Part shown: positions 51,121-64,000 of the stretch, piece after piece
How the letters are laid out: each line of letters opens with the position of its first letter
Position numbering within the stretch: the first letter of the stretch is position 1
NCBI GenBank assembly: GCA_050084985.1
Contig: JBITNC010000001.1
Span: forward strand, 41,540,001 to 41,604,000
Direction of reading: 5' to 3'
DNA: 64,000 nt
From: Nageia nagi
Taxonomy: Eukaryota > Plantae > Pinophyta
The notes under the pieces: generated by a model
What the model saw: only the letters and a program-made list of their open reading frames with translations
The model's database searches: none
What the model was told of the DNA's origin: nothing
Translations under genes and position numbers: made by a program

Positions 51121-51599
51121 TGGGGTTTTTAAAGTTTGAATTATAAATCACATTAAAATATATAAAATTTATTTGTAGTTATAAAAATTTATATATTTAT
51201 GTTTGTATGTGAAAAAAAGAAAAATGAATTTTCCATTAAATAAAAATAGTAGATGATTCAAACATATATTGTAATATTTAAGAAATGTAATAATATTTTG
51301 AAATAGATTCTATTTGGAAGTATAATAGATAGAATGTTGCTATTCTAGAATATGTTCTATATTGTTAATCTAAGCTTAGTATAGAATAGCATAAAAAGTT
51401 AACAATATTTGAACAAGAAGTAGGAAAAAATAATTATATTTTATTATTCCTTTCGGAAAATAAAGATACGATAAATAAATCATCCAAACTACTTATGTAC
51501 CTCACATAAACTACTTCATCCCACAAATCTATTGTTGTTACATGCAAATATTGGTTAGAGATGATGTTTTATCTTCCCTCTAGTTACAAGAATATGTTA

Positions 51600-54200
51600 C
51601 CAACTATCATTACAAAGAATATGTATAGTTATGTTTAGTAAAATAGGAGTTACAATATCCAAAGTGGATGATAAATTACATATGAATACTTTAAGTACAT
51701 GAATTAAACTTTATATTCATCAACATTATCTTCTAGCAAAACTCTAAGCGATCACTTCAAGACCAAAAGAAAAGTAATTGCTAGAAGTAGATATTTGATC
51801 ATCTAATTAAATACCTCCAAAATCCCAATTATTAAATTCAATAAGTTCCATTTCATGAGTAGAATGATAATGGATGCTGAAATAGAGTTAAGATTACTTG
51901 CTCATGTACCTAGAAATAAGTGAAATGGCATATATAATGTCATCCATCCGATAAATCCATTCATCCCTAAATTATATACTTCCATTCTAAAAGGAGTCAT
52001 GCATTAATCCTAAATTATTTATCTAAAATTCATTCATCATAAAAATCTAGAACTTATTTCTAAATATATTATCCATATAAATCAGGTTATCAATATAGAA
52101 AAAACGAGGAGAAGATCATTGCCTTCATTCTTATTGAAGAGGATAGGGTCACCTTTACTACCCTTGAAGTTATTTTATTAAAATTATCAATCAATTTAGG
52201 CATTCAAAGCCCTTGGTGCTTAGTTACAATTATATACTATCCTCTTCAACTTATACACATATTGCTCTATTCCTTTAACCTCAAATCCTTGAGTTTTTTA
52301 TATAAGTGATGTACACTCCATCTTATTTGAGATGCGATGGTAAACACTATCATAAAAACTTCTCATCTTATTACTGGTGTAAGAGTTTCCTTGTAATTAA
52401 TTTTATATCTTTGTTTGAAATCCCTTAGCAACAAGTCTATTCTTATATCTTTCAATGTTGTGATCACTATTGGATGAAATTATCTCAAGCTCGTATTACA
52501 TGTATCTACAAATATTAGTTTAGGCATCTTCAATTCAAGAGGACCTAAATTTAAAGCAAAAATTACTAACTCATATTTAACCTCTTTTTTTTTATCCCTT
52601 TAGATGTGTAACCATTCTAGAACCTTGAATACTTATTCTACATCCATGTCTATTTTTCATTAAGGATTTGAATGTGTTGAAAGTATATAAAGCTTCATAT
52701 TTATGTTTTAAAAAATAAAAACAACACTTTGATGAAAATGTAATGACCCTCCTTAGTAGATTAGTAGGCTATTCTTAGTGATGTGTGGTGGGATTATGTT
52801 AATGTGTGTAGGCTATTATGTTTTGATGTATGGTGTGCTTAAGGGGTGGCAATGTTATGAACCCATAACATATTATTTATGTTATATTAGTATTTATCCC
52901 ACATGTAATAGGGTTTTAAAGGTGAAGGGTCATAAAGGGCTATTTATATGAGCCTTCCCTATTGTAATAACCAAGCAAGGAATATAGTTTCATATTAAGG
53001 AGAGAACTTGTTCTCTAGGAGGTGCCCCCCTCGAAGTGGTGCAAGTGATTCAATTACTTTAACAAGTGGTATTTGTATTGGTTTGGCATATTTGAATAGT
53101 ATTTGCATACGGAATGGTTTATGTGTATAATTGGTTATTATGAAATAGTGGGTTCTTAACAAAAAAATATCAAAAAGTAATTAAATAAGTTGATTTACAT
53201 AAGCTTTTGGTTTGGATCTTTCAAGAAATATCATGAAAACTAATTGCAATGGGTATAAGGTCCTCCATGATTTATCTCTAGGAAGCCTCTGTATAGCATT
53301 CTTATCTTTAAGTCATACCTTACAAACATCTTTATTATCAACAACTTTAGTTAAACCAAAAACTAGTCTTGGGGAAGTCAATCACCTCAAACTTTGAAAA
53401 CTTGAGTGGCCATAGATTTAGCAAAAAAATACTAAATCTTATCCTCAATTTCAATATTTGAAAAGAAACCCTATTAAGGTTAAAAATTCAAAGGGAACAT
53501 ATGGTTTCTTGATATGGGTATTTTGGTGATTACTATGTTCTTATGGCATTTATCATATATGATGCATTATTTATCATATATAATATCCTTACAGTTTCTT
53601 TCACATATATTTTGTGGACTCAACAAATATTAATTAATATAAATTATATATTAAATAACATGAATGTACTTTTTACTACTTTTATATTCACATTCATAAG
53701 ATATTAAATAGCTACCTCCAAAGACCTATTATCCCCATGTTAGATCTTTTTCAATTATTTGATTTTTTCTTTCTTATTGTCCTTTTTCTAACATCATCAC
53801 TCTTTCAAACTCTTACATTAGGGAAAAAACCCTTTTCATGACACTTACTATAAGTATTTATTAGTCTCTCCTCATGATATAAGAGAAAAAGTAAAGTGAT
53901 CCAAGTCTAATATTGTCAAATATTTTCCATCAATAACATGGTTCATTTTGGTGTGAGTCTTCTTAATACCTTCTTGGTATCAATTTTATTTACTATCCTT
54001 TTCTAAGGTTATCTAGTGTTTTTATCACTTCCTTCACTCTAATACAATAGTAATTAACACTTTGAACCTATTACATCCTTAAGTTCTTGAATTCCCTCTT
54101 TTTGTGTTCTAACTACTTTTACGTAGTCATTTCTCTAAGTAAGCCTCTTATAAGGCATTCCAAGGATCTTGGATTGACTTGGAATTTATTATTCTTGGAA
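51600..54200 (-). pseudogene. Old, internally deleted copia remnant, same family as 31850-33477
   Basis: RT IERYKNRLVAKGFQ (~52414-52457) and an LKQAPRA-like segment (~52205-52230). Integrase YFLKHKYEA and YLITF split by a solo LTR. 53820-53970 is homologous to 33130-33290 (gag UBN2). Confidence 0.7.
52739..53161. mobile_element. Solo LTR (423 bp)
   Basis: TGTAATGACCC...GGGTTCTTAACA inverted ends. TSD GAAAA/AAAAA. Interrupts a contiguous integrase motif. Confidence 0.85.
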
Positions 54201-56132
54201 ACAAGCTCTTGTCTATATGTAATTTAATATTATATAATTATAAAGGTTTCTTATTCTTTTCCTCTTTTATTTACCTATCATTTTGCGAATAGTTTTCACT
54301 ACAACATAAATCCCATTTAGCATCAGAGTAGGAATCATGCTAGTTAAACAACATATCATGATGCCATTAGCATAAGTAAGAATCAAACATTTATTTTATA
54401 TAATTTTTTCATTTTCTAACTTTATAGCTAACTGTATTATTAATGCTATTTCTAATACTAAAAGCATTTAAAAAATAACATTAGAAAACCCTAAAAATAA
54501 AAAAATATAGGATGCCACATAGATTATGCACATGAATCATGATCTAACCATTTATTTCATTATTTTATCAAGGTTTAGATTATTTATATTAAATCATGCA
54601 ATGCATATTTTGCTTACTACAAATACACATGGCTCACTATGCTCTTCAACATGTGTAAAACTCTTGAAGTTCAGCATCATCGATAATACCCTTCTAGAGG
54701 AAACCTTATTTATTCACTCATCAATCACATTGAACTTAAATTTTTCCATTTCATGTATAATTTTTTACAAGAAACTCTTGTCCATATGTATGTCAAATAT
54801 GGACATTTAGTGGATTCCCATGAAGTTCTCCATTGTATGACTGAATGATACATCTTCTCATGAAGTATGATAATTTCAGATTACCAAAGACATAGATTTC
54901 CTTGAAAGACATTAACATAGTTTTACCAAATATAAAAATAATACTATTATTCCAATGAAATTAATTCACTTTTCTCATCGTACTCAAAGCATGCACCAAA
55001 TTGGGGATTTGCCATAGGGTTTATACATAAATCAAAGTATCTTTCAAATTAGTTTTTCTTTCACAAAATGCAAAAAATAGAAGCACTATTCTAACCAACT
55101 CAATTCACCTTTCCTAAAATCCTCATAACAAAAACCAACAAGATTTATACATACATCAAATATGATTTTGTGAACTACAATAATTGTAGGATATGCACAA
55201 AATAATTAAATATACATTCTTGTTCGAAAATCTACATTTTAATGCAATACTTGATGCCCAATGATGTGTAAGTGATTCTATAATTGATACAAAATTTATT
55301 TTTTATGACTCCCACTCTGACATAATATGACATTATATTGATTCAATATGATGCTATATCACATTTTTTTATGATGCTAAAACTGATGCTATTGTTGATG
55401 TGTATGTTAGTGTCAAACCTGGTAGTAGGATTTTGGGAAAAAACTAAAAATAACAAAGGATTATAATTATAACCTAACACTAAATTGTGTTTATATTTTA
55501 GTATTTTTAATCAACTAGTTCAATATAATCAACCTCCATAATAACCCAAAGGTATGTCTTATCAACAACATTCTTTTGTTAATGATTTAGTATTTATAAT
55601 CTTATCCATTCAACTTTGAAATGAAAATGATTTTTGGGCATGATACTTAATCAACAATAAATGAATTTTATCTCTAATAAACATAAAAAGCCTTTATCAA
55701 TGATCCCTTATCTTTTTCTCCCAAAATAGCTTTGATCTTCATCTCTAACACAAAACCTCACTTTATCTCTCCATTAATTGCTATTTAGAAATATCTTCTC
55801 CCAATATTTAGATCCTCTTCTGATCATACTCCTCTACCTTTTCAATCTTTTGGTTTGCATAATGTAGCCTCACTAGACTAAAAAAGGGCTTTAAGTGGAA
55901 ACAATTTGATATAGTTTTTAACTGCCTCAATTTTGTGTTTAAGTGGCAATTTTGTGGGATGATTTTTACCCATACCTAAAAACAATTTTAGGGTAGGGAA
56001 AAACTACTCCTTAGTGAAAATAATAAAAAATAAAAAAGGTGTTCTGAGGGAACTTAAGCATGTTCTTGGAATGTTTTCATCATTTTGAGTTTTTTATTCT
56101 GAGGTGGTGGAGGAGAGAGGAGCATTTGTTGT

Positions 56133-59100
56133 TCTTAGAAAACTTAGGAGGATAAAAATAAAATTATTACTAAAAATTGAAAGTAAAAACTATGCAAGGT
56201 TAGAAATTATACCATAAAGAGTGAGAAACCACAAAATGGAGAGAGATAAGAATTTGTTAAGGGGGAAAATAAAGAAAAAATCCCCTACATTGAAAGGATG
56301 GCAAAAGGAAAAAGAAGAATATAAAAGATATATAAAGAGCTCATTACAATGATTTAGGAGAATTCCTAGATGAAGAAAAGAGAAGAGAGCACCTGCATAA
56401 ATAGAGGTGGAGAGAGGGGGTTGCAAAGTAACTTTTAGATTCTAAACTTGCCACCTTGAAATAGGAAAGGTGGGAGTTATAAAATAACACCCATTCTAGG
56501 ATTTAAAAATTAATGTAACTCTCATTCTATAATCATATCAAATGAGGAATAAAATGAATTATTTTCACATATTTGTGAGAATAATCACAAGTCCATAAGA
56601 GGTAAAAAAAGGTGTAGGGATTCCTTTGGAATATACCTTACACCCAAAAATGAAGATAAAAAATTATCCTATAACCTAATGTGAGAATAATATCACTAAA
56701 CTAACCAAGTAAAGGTTATAAATTCTAACATCCCCCTTTAAGCTTTACTTGGGGATTTACAAAGATACAACAATATGATGCTAAAAAACATCTCCCTTGA
56801 AGAAGCACTTGAGGTCTTGAAGAAGAAGGGGTCACCACCATGAAGAGATAATAAGTCCATATAAATAATCTATGATGTTATATATAAGGATCATTTGAGC
56901 TCTATCATAAGCAAAAGAAAAGGACCAAGAATAGACTACCAATGCAATAAAGGCCATGCAGATTGTTGATCAAATAAGAGCTTCAAAAATAAAGGAAGGT
57001 GCATAAAAAAGAAGAGCTCCACTATACTGAAGACTCCAAATAGCCTTCCAAAATAAGGCTCATAGGCCACAATAAAATCCACCAAGAGCAATATAAGCTC
57101 AAAATAAGAAGGTGTGGTCATAAGAAATCCAACAATCCATTCTTCAAAAAAGTGGTCTCTTGCTAGCCTCCATACATCATGGAAAAATGGAACCTTGAAA
57201 AACACAAACATCTCAAGGTGCCCCATTAGATATTAATAATAATAATTAAATTACCTCAAATTTTTATAAAAAGAAGTAAGCATCATAATTATAGCATATA
57301 AAATGCACATTAAAAGTGCAACATTAACATAATTAGATAAATTACACCAAAAAATAAGCATATATTAATCTTTTAAAGAGATGTGGAAAATAAATTCATT
57401 ATATATTATCCATTATGGTTCAAAATGGCATTAAAAAAATAATAAGTTACCTTTAAGGTAAATAATCAAATGCCAAAAACATAAAGAAGGAACCATAAAT
57501 TGATTGAAATTACTTTATTAACCATGCCACAATAATTTAGGGGAAGTGAATTCAAAGGTGTATGAATAGTCATTATGGCCAATTAGACCATTCATACACT
57601 ATTAAGCACAAATCCAAAAAATAAGTGTTTCTATGTTGCCTAAGACATAAAACACTTAAATTAAATGAATATTATCATCAAAAAATAATTTAGATTTAAG
57701 CTCTCATCAAATAAATGGATTAAAGGATTATGATAAGATATTCTCCTTAACAAAATTAATTATCGTTTAAGCACAAGATTAAAATCATATTAAAAAATAA
57801 ATTCTTAAAAAGTTAATAATGATCTTCAAAAAAAAGTGATAATATAAATAAATAAATAGCATAAAAAGTATGCCAAATATCATTTTTTCTATATAAAAGC
57901 ACTAAACCTTATTGAATAAGTTTTAAGAAACCCTAATATGGTTTAAAATAAAAGCAAAAGAAAAAGTGAAGCAAAAACATAAGAACATGGTAGTGATGGC
58001 AATATGGAGGGGCTACAAAGGTAAAAAAGGGGTTTGAGAGCTTTGAGTTGCAAGAGAATAGGAGGGGGGCCTAGATTCTATGCTGGAAGAGAAGCAATTC
58101 TTTATTAGGGTTCATTTTAGCCACAAATATTTGTTAATAAATAAATTTTAAGGATCCTCAAGATTGAAAATGGCTATTTTCAAGAGTTATAAAAAGGTCC
58201 AATTCGCAAAAATTTTCCAAATGTTGTAAATTTTCTAAATCAAATCACCAATATTTTAATTTTCTTTCAAAAATAGCCATTATTTTTCATTTTTTTTTTA
58301 AATTGATATTTTCAAAACATTTTTGAGCTAGATTTGCCATAAATTTTCTAAGGGAGTTTTGTAGAGGGGCTCTTAAAATGAACCTTGGTCTTTATCAAGA
58401 GATTCCACATCATGCAACACATGCAACATTCAACTAGGGGGAATATGCAAGGGAGCATCAAGGTGAAGTCAACTCATTTTGGTGAGAGGCACAAAAAAAT
58501 AGGAGCCAAGCAACTAGAGAGGTTCCAAACTAGGTCATGTATAAAGGAAAAGGAAGGGATGTTCCAAGGATAGCATTAGGGGGGAGGATAGATGAGGCCT
58601 TTTTCCATTAGAAAGGATGCACAATGTACTAGTTTACAAAGAGAAATGTAAAAAAGGTAGTAAGGGGGAAAAAAGAGTTCCTCATGAACATGAGAAGCCG
58701 TGAGTGAGACCTAGAGTGTTGTAAATATGAAAGGGTTTTGTAGCAAAGGCTTAAAGGTATAGGGATTTCAATGAGTAACATACAAAGGGGTGGCTAAGCA
58801 CCTGAGGGGCCAAGTGGTTGATGATAGGTCTTAGGCCTAAAAAAATTAAAAAAAGGTCATCAAAGCATAATAAGAAGGGTGCCCATGTTTAGGCTATAGA
58901 GAAAAAACTTGTGGTGCGTAACATTGATGAACAACTAGGGGGTAAAGAAGAGGTGGCACTACCATACAGGAAGGGATAACATGGAAGAGATATAAATATT
59001 GATATGGCATGTGAGAAAGACCCATTCTAGGGTTTTACAAAATAATAAAAGAAATGAATTTTTACTTCTTAACAAAATAATATTAAGGTAAATTTTTATT

Positions 59101-59956
59101 ACTAAATCAAGTTTTTTTTTCAATTAAATAAGTATATTTCAACAAAAAATAATTGCACATAATGAGAAAAAATTGAGCTCCTTTTTTGTTTAAAAAAAAA
59201 TTGCAAGAAATCTCAACAATAAAATGTGTAAAAAAATGTTAGAGATAAATAAAAAGTCTCTCCAAAAATAAATGCTCCTCAAAAGATGTGGCTAAAAAAT
59301 TGCAATAAAATTACTCAAATCAAGATTAGTAATAATGTCATGGCTCTAGTACCATGTTAGAAATTTTAGGAGGATAAAATAAAATTATTAATAAAACTTG
59401 AGAGTGAAAAATATGCAAGGTTAGAAATTATACTATCAAGAGTGAGCAACCAAAAAATGGAGAGAGACAAGAATTTGTTAAGGGGGGTAAATAAAGAAAA
59501 GACCCATACATTGCAAGAATGGAAAAAGGCCAAAGAAGAATACAAAAGAGCTATAAAGAGCTCATTATAATGATTTAGGAGAATTCCTAGATAAAGGAAA
59601 GAGAAGAGATAACCTTAATAAATAGAGGTAAAGAGAAGGAGTTGCAAAGTAACTCCCATATTCTAAACTTGGAACCTTGCAATAGGAAAGGTTGGAGTTA
59701 TAAAATAACACATATATTAGATGAAGGAGTTACGAATTATGTAACTCCCATTATAGAATCATCTCAAATAAAGAATAAAATGAATTATTCTCACATATTT
59801 GTGAGAATAATCACAAGCCTATAAGAGGAAAAAAAAGGTGTAGGGATTCCAGTGGAATATACCTTACACCAAAAAATGAGGATAAAAAATAATCCTCTAA
59901 TCTTATGTGAGAATAATCTCACTAAACAAACCAAGTAAAGGTTACAAATTCTAATA
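56133..59956 (-). mobile_element. Non-autonomous LTR retroelement (LTRs ~600 bp, ~2.6-kb non-coding interior)
   Basis: LTRs 56133-56730 and 59355-59956. Perfect 5-bp TSD GTTGT (56128-56132 and 59957-59961). PBS TGGTACTAGAGC (59343-59354, minus). PPT complement tccccctttaag at 56731. No gag/pol motifs recognised. Confidence 0.9.
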
Positions 59957-60229
59957 GTTGTATTGGTGAGATAAGAGAGGAGAGGGGAGACCATATGAGA
60001 GGATACATAGTAAGACCATAGGTGATGAGGTGAGATGAGAGGAGACATGTTGAGAGAATGTGAAATTAGGTATTTTAGTTCATGATATTGTAGTATTATT
60101 TTATAGTTTGTAATCTTGTATTCTTCTATATTTTGTAGATATGATTGTGCTTTGTATTTTTATGTATTCTTTTATAAAACCTATGAATCTTGCAATCATT
60201 TTAGACCATAAAACTATATTTGTATCATG

Positions 60230-63200
60230 CACTCACCCATTTTAGGGTTTATGGGTATATTTTAGTAGTGATAATCAATATTCCTCAATATATTTGTATG
60301 AACTAAAAAATTTCATTTTATAAGCACCAAGTATACATGCCTACACCCAATTCAGGGTTTATGGGTATTTTGGTTGTGAAGTTCAAAGCTTTCTCAATAT
60401 AGCCTGCACAAACTATAACATTCAATTTACATGAACCAAGTACACATGTGTACACCAATTTAAGGTTTATGGGTATTTTGGTATTGAAGTTGAAAGCTCC
60501 CTCAAGATAGCATACATAACTAAGAAGGTCAACAATGCATGCATAATGATTAATTCTATGATAGCAAGACATGCACAAAATGAAAGTGCAGAGAATTTTA
60601 AGCAGATAAAATTGTTAGGTGTAAAATTGGCTACATGATGAAACAATATACTTTAAGTTAGAAAAACCATGCTCGTAATACTTAATAATTGTTCAACCTA
60701 TAAATTTAAATGCTATGTTATCTTACCTCCACTATAAAGGTTGGATTTATTTCCTCTAGATAAACTATTCAAATCAAAATGAATTAGATAATTCATGGCT
60801 AACTACATTTATAAGCTCTCAGTAGATATATCATAGTTATGCTTCAACATATTTCATAATGTTATCACACAACCGACATGGATTATTCAATAGGTCAAAG
60901 AGTTTAAGGGAATATTTGTTGCAGCCATGAATTTCATATCCTTTGATCATTGCATTTTATGAAAATATGTTTGCATCATGCATATTATCAAATAATTCCC
61001 ATGGCTTTTGTATTCTTCCATATTTTGCATACATGTCTATTGTCCTTTTCTAGAAAACTCATTTTGTATGTATCATACAAACATTGCAGACCATGAAACT
61101 ATTTGGATCATGCATCTTGTAAAATAATTCATAGGCATTATGTATTCTTCCATATTTTGGATACATGTATATGGGCCTTTTCTAGAAAATCCATTTTTGT
61201 ATCCTACAATCATTGCATACCATGAAAATATTTACATCATACATATTGTCAAATAATTCTTGAGCCTTGTGTATTTGTCCATATTTTCCATACAAGTATA
61301 TGAGCCTTTTTCATTAAATCCCTTTTGTGCATACCCTACAATCATTATAGTCCATGAGGCTATTATGGTGTATCACACTTGCAACTATACCATATGAAAT
61401 GAAATATTTTTTTCCTATATACATATGTAGAGATGAAGCAAAATACTTTATACGATGTCTAATAGGTGATTCTCAAAATAGCCTACATAAGACATAACAT
61501 TCAATTTACAAGCACCAAGTACATACATGCACACACCCAATTCAAGGTTTATGGGTATTTTGGTAGTGAAGTTCAAAGCTCCCTCAAAATGAGATGAGAA
61601 GCCAAGTAGGTCAACCATTCATGTATAATGATTAATCCTACAATTGTAGGATATGCACAAAATGAATTATTATATATATTTTTAAGAATATGTAATTATT
61701 AAGTGTAAAATTGGGTACATGAGGAAACACTATACTTAAAGATAGTATCAAAAATCAATCCAAAAGTGGTAAGTTACAAAAAACATGCTTGTAATACTTA
61801 TCAATTGTTCAAACTAGAAATTTAAATGCTATGTTGTCTTACCTCCATAATAATATATAAAGGTTGGATGTCTTTCCCCTTGGATAACCTATTCAAAACA
61901 TAATGCATTAGATAATTTAGGGCTAGCTATATTTATAATCTCTCAATAAATGTATCACCGTTATGCTTCAACATTGTTCATAATGTTAACAAACAACCAA
62001 CCTAGATGATTTAAAAATATGATATGAAAATATCCAATTCCACCATATGATAAGAAATTAAGGACTTTTAAGTAGATACATGATGTAAGGATTGGGAATT
62101 GTTTGATGTAAATATAGTTTCTACAATATTTAATTTTGTTAATACCCATGATCATCACAATCCATGAAAGTGTGTTTGCATTATTTTATGTATATCCTAT
62201 TATAATTACAATCCATAAAATTATATTTGAATGAATGTCTCTAAATGCAAGATGCATTTGTAGTCAATCTAATTTTGATTTACTAGATTTGAAAGATGTA
62301 ACTTACTTCAGAGATATTCATTATACCACATGGCTATAAATACTTTAATAGCATGAGTGACACTTATTACATTATTCTAAGATTCATCATTACACAATTA
62401 TACTCATATTCTTGAGCCTTGTCTATTCTTCCATATTTTTCATACATGTATATGGACCTTTTTCAAGAAACCCATTTTTTGTGTATATTAAAATCATTGA
62501 AAATCTTGAAACTATTATGATACAATCTAGGAAATAAAGAAACCCTCAACATGTTCCATTATTCAACCTAGAAATTTAAATGCTATGTTACCTTATCTCC
62601 TATGATGTCCCCCTTGCATGGATGTAATTAATTATAGAACCCAATGGGTTCCTCTTGTAATATATTTTATTATAGCATTGTATTTTCATATTTGTAACTT
62701 GGGATAGAAGACTTAATGGGTCAATGGACCCCATTGTAATCCCTAAGTGGGACATCTCCCTCCCAAATTTTAGATTAGGTATTATTAGTGCACTTGGAGA
62801 ACTCGATCTTGATTATGGGAATCCCAAGGTCTATTGTTAGATTGAGATGATGGATGGTCACCTATATGCTTGCACCAACCTTGAGGAGGCTCCCATATCA
62901 CCACATTAGCCTAGTATGGCACCTAGAACCCATGTTTTCCCCCTTTACCCATGTGGGCATGCATGGAACTCCTAGGCTCTCATGTTGGCACTTAATGTAC
63001 CCCAAGCCTTGACATTCGCATGTCTAATCCTTAGAAACCCACGTTGGATATTTTGGGCCCCCAAGTGACCAACATTGGATTAGAGGATCTAGGTGATGAA
63101 TCTTAGGTGAGATCTAGATAGAGCAAGTGTATAAAGAGACATTGGAGCCTCATTACTAGATATTACTGATTATACATTCATCTCTTGATACTATCCTATG

Positions 63201-64000
63201 TACATAAGACATTAGTAGTGCTAAGCAATACCTTAGGTACAACATCTAGGGGGATTTTAGGTTGAGGGATCTTGATCATCTACAACATTGGTGCAACACC
63301 CTTACCCATCTGGTGGTATTCCAAGGTATAGCTTCTACCTTTAGTGGTTAGCCAGGGTTTGAGGAGGTATCCTTCAATGGAGAGGATTCAGATTCTAAGG
63401 GAGCAATAATGTCCCATGGTTCCATTATCAATACCATAGTGAGAGACATTTATATACGTCCTAGTTGGCTCCTTGGAGGCCAATGTCAACCCTCTTAGGA
63501 TTGGTATTGTATTGTTGATATTCTATATCATACATATAAGTGTTTGGGAATTGTATCTCATACTTTATGTTACGTGTACTTATCTTATGTATCATTAGAG
63601 TATTATTGTATATGTATGCTTATGTAAGCCATACATTGGTATTGTGAGGTGTGGTACATTATTATATGCTAGTATTGGTCATACATTGGCATATTGATAT
63701 TGATTATGCTTTGTATGGATCCCCTAACCCTAGCATTGATGAATTGAGGATTTGTATGTTTGTAATTATTTTTCTAGCTCAAATGTTGGGTGTATACTTG
63801 TGTTATTTGGGTTTAATTGCACTTGAGTTGTAATTGGATCTTTAGACTTCCATAATAAGTATATTAATATACAAAGGTTGTATGTGTTTCCCCTAGGTTA
63901 ACCTATTCAAAATATCATGAATTAGATTACTTAGAACTAGCTACATTTACAAGCTCTCAAAAGATATATCAATGCTATGCTTCAGCATTGTTTATAATTT
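60230..64000. pseudogene. Mosaic of duplicated PLS-class PPR gene fragments in both orientations
   Basis: Minus strand: HYACIVDLL..CYLEGA.NF.TKIPI.P (60318-60555 and 61494-61635) and ~140-bp tandem units MY.KYG.I.KA.ELF.KMHD.N.VSW.AMI.GY.QNGF.EKA (60950-61365, 62400-62520). Plus strand: MIARHAQNE...KQIKLLGVK (60558-60630). Block 60415-60870 is repeated at 61494-62000 and partly at 62561-62600 plus 63847-64000. Confidence 0.85.
62601..63846. mobile_element. Solo LTR (~1.25 kb)
   Basis: Starts tatgatgtcccc (decayed TGTAATGTCCCC type). Flanks are TCTCC and CTTCC, while the uninterrupted paralogous block (~61840) has a single CCTCC, which defines the insertion site and TSD. Confidence 0.8.

Noticed and set aside
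54318-54329. PBS-like TAGCATCAGAGT on the plus strand
   Set aside because: No adjoining LTR pair or plus-strand gag could be established.
55863-60227. Possible older solo LTR hosting the 56133-59956 element
   Set aside because: It has a TG start and LTR-like composition, but no matching end or TSD could be defined.

Overview
AT-rich plant genomic DNA, strongly depleted of CpG/CHG and made almost entirely of old, nested, mutationally decayed transposable elements. The element types and the PPR style suggest a gymnosperm or conifer (inference only). The window holds one intact host gene, an intronless group-IX ERF transcription factor with an EDLL motif (50180-50752, minus). From left to right: a Sirevirus-like Ty1/copia element (1-6945, minus); an ~18 kb Tat/Ogre-type Ty3/gypsy element (8639-26845, minus) with an antisense Plant Mobile Domain ORF and an unusual ~58-bp flanking duplication; a 5'-truncated copia (plus); an old copia (minus) split by a complete 12-kb CACTA/EnSpm transposon (33478-45480, TTG target-site duplication); the ERF gene; a related copia carrying a solo LTR; a non-autonomous LTR element; and a mosaic of shuffled and inverted PPR fragments with another solo LTR. 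The most notable item is the CACTA element. Besides its transposase it carries a spliced, now pseudogenised SET-domain (lysine methyltransferase-like) gene that the ORF track misses, a divergently oriented multi-exon TnpA-like gene, and between them two degenerate TTAGGG arrays flanking a 21-bp minisatellite. This is a candidate transposon-encoded chromatin or anti-silencing module. All domain calls come from manual translation and motif recognition, no database searches were run, and coordinates of decayed features are approximate.
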